From assembly GCF_000284455.1 (NCBI RefSeq), contig NC_017039.1, positions 3,360,001 through 3,392,000 on the forward strand: DNA of 32,000 nt. Direction: 5' to 3'. A program made the translations under genes and the position numbers. This DNA comes from Synechocystis sp. PCC 6803 substr. PCC-P. Lineage in GTDB: Bacteria; Cyanobacteriota; Cyanobacteriia; Cyanobacteriales; Microcystaceae. Of the stretch, positions 27,855 through 32,000 are shown piece by piece. Position 1 is the first letter of the stretch, and the number at the start of each line of letters is the position of its first letter. The notes below the pieces were generated by a model that had not been told where the DNA came from, made no database searches, and was given only the letters and a program-made list of their open reading frames with translations.

Positions 27855-29318
27855 CTACCGATTCATACCGGGGCTAGGTTGGGGGACGAAAGGAGCCCTT
27901 TCCCTTTCCGGTGTTTTGAAGCCAAGGTACAACAGGACGATAAAAATCAGGGGCGCAATGATGGCGATCGCCTTGATGCCTTGGTGTTCCTGCCGTTGGG
28001 CTGGGGTCATGGCGGCCCATTTTAGTTCCTGGGCGGTGGGGGCGTGGGGACGATGGAAACGGTCGATGGTTTCTTCCGCTAGCCATTGGGTGGTGGATTT
28101 GAAGTTATGCAGAGGAGTGGGCAATAGCTCTAGATAGGTGGCATTCCGCAATAAATCCCCTGCCTTGCCTTGGATGCGTACCCGGTCAAATAAATTGGCT
28201 ACCCCATTGTTCAAGCCCAACTTCATCAATGTGCCCCGCAGTTGGGGATCGGGACTAACTAACGGTTTACCATTGTGTACCGCCATTAAATTTTTGGCGA
28301 TCGCCGCTCCTTGTTGGTAGGCAATCTGGGCCAGGGCCGGTTTGGGATTATCTTTGACTGTCACACAGTCCCCGGCGGCAAATACCTGGGGAAAACTAGG
28401 CAATTGCAAAGTACTGGTTACTAGGGGTTGCCCATGGCGATCGAGTTCCTCGGCCGGAATCTGTTCCTTGAGGGTTTTGAGTAGAGGGTTAACCGCTGTG
28501 CCGGCGGTCCAAATGGTGGTGCCAGTGTCTAAGTGGCGCAATTCCTCCTCCCCAGTTTCCACAAACTGCAAACTTTCCGGGGTAACGCTTTTGACCCCCA
28601 CCCCTAACTTCAACGTCACCGGAATAGTTCTAGCTTGCAACTCCTCCAGGGCACAGCGCTTGAGCCCGCTATTGGCATCCCCGGCCAAAATTCCCGGCGC
28701 ATGGTTGACCAAGTAAATTTTTAAATCGTTGATATTGCCCCCCATGGGCACATACCAACTGGGCAGTAAATCCGCCAACGTGGCCGCCATTTCCACCCCC
28801 GCCGGCCCGGCCCCCACGATCGCCACGGTCAATAATCTTTCTTTTTCCGCTTGATCTGCTGTGGTTAACGACTTTTCTAAACAGGCTTTGAGATGATCCC
28901 TAAGGGCGATCGCCTCGGTTTGGGAACGGAAAGCAAAGGCATTTTCTGCCGCCCCCTGGGCCCCCAAATACCCCTGCACTGACCCCACTGCCAGCACCAA
29001 ATAGTCATAATGCTGTTCTTGGCCAGAATCAAGTACTAACCGTTTTTCCTTCAATTGCACATCCGCAACTCGGGCTTGGACTATATCAATGCCGCTATCG
29101 GCCAACAATTTTTCATAACTGGGACAAACCACCGACTCTGGTAACTCTTCGGTGAGCAACTCGTAGAGCATGGGCTTAAAGACAAAATTTGCCTGGGGTT
29201 CCACTAGGACAATGGGGCCGGCGTGCTGATGATGACGCAGATGGAGAGCAGTGAATAGTCCAACAAAACCACCACCGATAATCACCGTTGTTGCTGAATC
29301 AGACGAATTAATGGCCAC
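27855..29318 (-). CDS. ndbC: Type 2 NAD(P)H dehydrogenase (NDH-2), NdbC-like, with C-terminal TM
   Basis: TTVIIGGGFVGLFTALHLRH, VAIVGAGPAGVEMAATLADLLPSWY, GTTIWTAGT, VFAAGDC, and C-terminal hydrophobic helix AIIAPLIFIVLLYLGF. Start inferred at the GTG of VAINSSDSATTV (29316-29318). Confidence 0.93.
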   Translation of the reverse strand: MAINSSDSATTVIIGGGFVGLFTALHLRHHQHAGPIVLVEPQANFVFKPMLYELLTEELPESVVCPSYEKLLADSGIDIVQARVADVQLKEKRLVLDSGQEQHYDYLVLAVGSVQGYLGAQGAAENAFAFRSQTEAIALRDHLKACLEKSLTTADQAEKERLLTVAIVGAGPAGVEMAATLADLLPSWYVPMGGNINDLKIYLVNHAPGILAGDANSGLKRCALEELQARTIPVTLKLGVGVKSVTPESLQFVETGEEELRHLDTGTTIWTAGTAVNPLLKTLKEQIPAEELDRHGQPLVTSTLQLPSFPQVFAAGDCVTVKDNPKPALAQIAYQQGAAIAKNLMAVHNGKPLVSPDPQLRGTLMKLGLNNGVANLFDRVRIQGKAGDLLRNATYLELLPTPLHNFKSTTQWLAEETIDRFHRPHAPTAQELKWAAMTPAQRQEHQGIKAIAIIAPLIFIVLLYLGFKTPERERAPFVPQPSPGMNR

Positions 29319-29471
29319 AGTTTTCCATCCCACTCCCGAACAAGTTTCACTATGCCCGGAGGCACTTCCCCTGTAAAGGTAGCACGCAAGTAAAAAGTGG
29401 GGCCAATTTCCTGGAAACTGGAACCCCACTTAACAAAACTTAGGCCAAAGATCTTAGGTTAATCAGACGAA

Positions 29472-30014
29472 TTACATAGGAGGCAGAATTACTTGGTCAA
29501 TGACATGGATTACACCGTTGCTGGCATCCACATCGGCGGAAATGACAGTGGCTTTGTTAACTTTCACTTTGCCATCTTTGACTTTGAAGGTGAGGGCTTC
29601 CCCAGCTAGGGATGCCACTTCACCGGATTGAACCTGGGCGGCGGTGATTTTGCCAGGAACGACGTGGTAGGTCAAAATTTTCACCAATTTATCTTTGTTT
29701 TCGGGCAACAACAGACTTTCCACCGTACCAGCGGGCAGAGCGGCAAAGGCATCATTGGTGGGGGCAAAAACGGTAAAGGGGCCTTCAGCGGATAAAGCTT
29801 CCACTAAATCAGCCGCTTTGACTGCTGCAACGAGGGTACTGAAAGTTTCATTGCCTGCGGCGACTTCCACAATAGTCATGGCGCTGTCCGTGGCGGCTTG
29901 ACTAACTACGGCAGATTTTTCGGTGGTTTCCATTTCCGCCATGGCAACGGTGGGCATCCCCAGGGCAAATCCAGTCAGAGCGGTAAAAGCAACAATTCTA
30001 GCAGCGGTTTTCAT
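29472..30014 (-). CDS. Exported fasciclin (FAS1)-domain protein
   Basis: Signal peptide (AFTALTGFALGMPTVAMA), then FSTLVAAVKAADLVEALSAEGPFTVFAPTNDAFAALP and KILTYHVVPGKI...GVIHVIDQVILPP. Confidence 0.95.
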   Translation of the reverse strand: MKTAARIVAFTALTGFALGMPTVAMAEMETTEKSAVVSQAATDSAMTIVEVAAGNETFSTLVAAVKAADLVEALSAEGPFTVFAPTNDAFAALPAGTVESLLLPENKDKLVKILTYHVVPGKITAAQVQSGEVASLAGEALTFKVKDGKVKVNKATVISADVDASNGVIHVIDQVILPPM

Positions 30015-30128
30015 AGCAATGTTTCCTAGTGAGAAGACTGTCCATCGCTATTATGACAAATTATAAATTTTTGTGAAGAAATGTTAAGACAAAATTGCCA
30101 CTGGCACAAGCTGACCCCTGAACACAGG

Positions 30129-31280
30129 TTAGAAAATATCCGCCGGATCTGCGGCCCGCAAACGCCCCACGGCGATCGCCCCGGAAATGCAACACATGGC
30201 AATGGTCATAATTAATACAGTTAACGCCCTGGCCGTGGTCATAATCAGGGGCAAACCCGTGGCCCGGGCTGTGTTGGTGTAGAGTAGAATCCCCAAGCCA
30301 AAACTGGGTAAAAAGCCAATCACTGCTAGCAATAGGGCTTCTTGGAACACAACTCCCAACAAATAACGATCGCCGTAGCCAATGGCTTTGAGGGTGGCAT
30401 ATTCCGGTAAATGGTCAGAAACGTCGGTGTAGAGAATTTGGTAAACAATGACGGTGCCCACAATGAAACCCATAGCGGTGCCCAAACCAAAGACAAAACC
30501 AATGGTGGTGCGGGTTTGCCAATAATTCAATTCGTATTGGACTAACTTTTCCTTGGTGAAAACCTGGACATCCCCCTCGGTTAACTCTTGGCGGATTTCC
30601 TCCGCTACTTTTTCCGGATCAGCGCCGGGTTTGAGTTGCAAAATACCCGCATCAATGGAACTGCGGTCCCGATTAGGAAAAAGACGGAAGAAATTCAAAT
30701 CGCTGGTAATTAAAGTCCCATCCGCCCCAAAGGAAGAACCGAGGGTGAATAAACCCTGCACCTGGATGCGGCGATTACCCACTTCGGTGAAAACTGGGCC
30801 GTCGGCTTCTAACAGGGCCGGCACTGGGCCAAATTCTTCCCTGGAGTCTTGGTCAAACAGGAACACGTCGGGGCGCTTAATCAAATCTAAATTTTCGGCT
30901 ACCCCTGGTAGATTGATCGGATTGTTAACGGGGTTGAAACCCATGATGTAAATCTGGCGGCTGACTTTAGTTTCCGGGTTTTTCCAGCGGTTGATGTCAA
31001 TGTAGAGGCTAGTGCCATCCTTAACAGAGGCGTTGCCCATGGCCTGGTATAAACGGCGGGCTGCAAAAGGGGTGGGGTTAACAAAGGTGTCCGTTTGGGT
31101 ACTGAGAATGAATAAATCCCCTTGCAAACTTTTAGGAACCCGGACTGCACTGTCAAACAAGGCATTTTTGAACCCCAGTTGCATAAAAATCAGCACATCG
31201 GCAAAGGCAATGCCGGCGATCGCCGCCAGGAGTCGCATCCTTTCATGGAATAGCTGGTGCCAGGCAAGGGGAATTTTCAT
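30129..31280 (-). CDS. devC: DevC-like ABC exporter permease
   Basis: IPLAWHQLFHERMRLLAAIAGIAFADVLIFMQLGFKNALFDS and TTRTTIGFVFGLGTAMGFIVGTVIVYQILYTDVSDHLPEYATLKAIGYGDRYLLGVV are DevC hallmarks. Confidence 0.93.
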   Translation of the reverse strand: MKIPLAWHQLFHERMRLLAAIAGIAFADVLIFMQLGFKNALFDSAVRVPKSLQGDLFILSTQTDTFVNPTPFAARRLYQAMGNASVKDGTSLYIDINRWKNPETKVSRQIYIMGFNPVNNPINLPGVAENLDLIKRPDVFLFDQDSREEFGPVPALLEADGPVFTEVGNRRIQVQGLFTLGSSFGADGTLITSDLNFFRLFPNRDRSSIDAGILQLKPGADPEKVAEEIRQELTEGDVQVFTKEKLVQYELNYWQTRTTIGFVFGLGTAMGFIVGTVIVYQILYTDVSDHLPEYATLKAIGYGDRYLLGVVFQEALLLAVIGFLPSFGLGILLYTNTARATGLPLIMTTARALTVLIMTIAMCCISGAIAVGRLRAADPADIF

Positions 31281-31321
31281 CTACTAATGTACTGATGGAT
31301 AAATCTTTGGTTGATTGATTG

Positions 31322-32000
31322 TTAGTTGGGGGCAGAAGGAGGAGCGCTGTCGGGTTCAATTTTGACCACCACTTTGGCGTTGCTCAAGCCGGCCACGGTT
31401 TTGCTGGCGCTGGGACTGAGGGCAATTTTTACTTCCACCACCCTGGCATCAATGTCGGCGGCGGGGTCGGAGTCCAGCACATCATTTTTGCCAATTCTCA
31501 AACCAATATTGGTAACTCGCCCTTCCAATTCACCGCTAAAGCTGTCGTTTTCACTACGCACCCAAGCAGTTTGACCTAGTTCCACCCGGCCAATGTCATT
31601 TTCATACACTTCCGCCACCACAATCATTTGGGACGTAATGCCGAGATCGAGGATGCCATTGGTATCACTAACTTTTTCTCCAGGGCGAGTATAAATTTTT
31701 AACACCTGGGAATCCACCGGAGCCCGCACCAGGGCAGTGTCCAACTCAGCTCGGGCTTCCTGGAAACGGGCCATGGCCAAATTCAATTCTGCTTTGGCTT
31801 TTTGCACATCCACCGGACGAATTTCGGCAATTTGAGATAGGGTGGCCCGGGCCGATTCCCTTTCCAGCACCATGGTTTGGGCGTCCTTATCTCGGACTGA
31901 TTGCTGTTCCCGAATTTGTTCTTCTAAAGTAGCTTCGGTTTTCATTAGCCGAGCCTGGGCTTCTCGCAAGCGCTGGTTGCTGGTCTCCAAATTCAAACGT
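31322..32000 (-). CDS. devB: DevB-like HlyD-family membrane fusion protein (N-terminus beyond window)
   Basis: Coiled-coil hairpin (RLREAQARLMKTEATLEEQI...), then RAPVDSQVLKIYTRPGEKVSDTNGILDLGITSQMIVVAEVYENDIGRVELGQTAWVR. Confidence 0.9.
   Translation of the reverse strand, partial: RLNLETSNQRLREAQARLMKTEATLEEQIREQQSVRDKDAQTMVLERESARATLSQIAEIRPVDVQKAKAELNLAMARFQEARAELDTALVRAPVDSQVLKIYTRPGEKVSDTNGILDLGITSQMIVVAEVYENDIGRVELGQTAWVRSENDSFSGELEGRVTNIGLRIGKNDVLDSDPAADIDARVVEVKIALSPSASKTVAGLSNAKVVVKIEPDSAPPSAPN

Noticed and set aside
1-32000. Many GCGATCGC octamers as a possible CRISPR-like or novel repeat array
   Set aside because: This is the well-known HIP1 palindrome, highly over-represented in many cyanobacteria and dispersed in genes. 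There is no regular repeat-spacer spacing.

Overview
This window matches a Synechocystis-type cyanobacterial chromosome. It is rich in the HIP1 octamer GCGATCGC, and the gene order aroE-hisZ-grx-fructosamine kinase-sigF ... larB/cpmA ... ndbC-fasciclin-devC-devB resembles the slr155x-157x / sll148x-149x region of PCC 6803 as I remember it. It is mostly ordinary housekeeping and membrane/envelope content. I see no CRISPR array, intact transposase, prophage or recognisable defence island. The observations most worth a second look are: (1) a predicted outer-membrane beta-barrel protein with a coiled coil of about 330 aa inserted between N-terminal strands and the rest of the barrel (13118-15415); (2) three degenerate copies of an intergenic element of about 110 bp, possibly MITE-like, with a palindromic CCCCC-AATT-GGGGG core; (3) three tandem, strongly diverged AIM24-family genes (17957-20224); (4) a sugar nucleotidyltransferase fused to a phosphomannomutase-like domain that has lost its catalytic signatures; (5) an NDH-2 / two DUF2231 / fasciclin / DevC-DevB same-strand cluster with no devA ATPase in view. 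One tRNA-Val(GAC) could be folded by eye.
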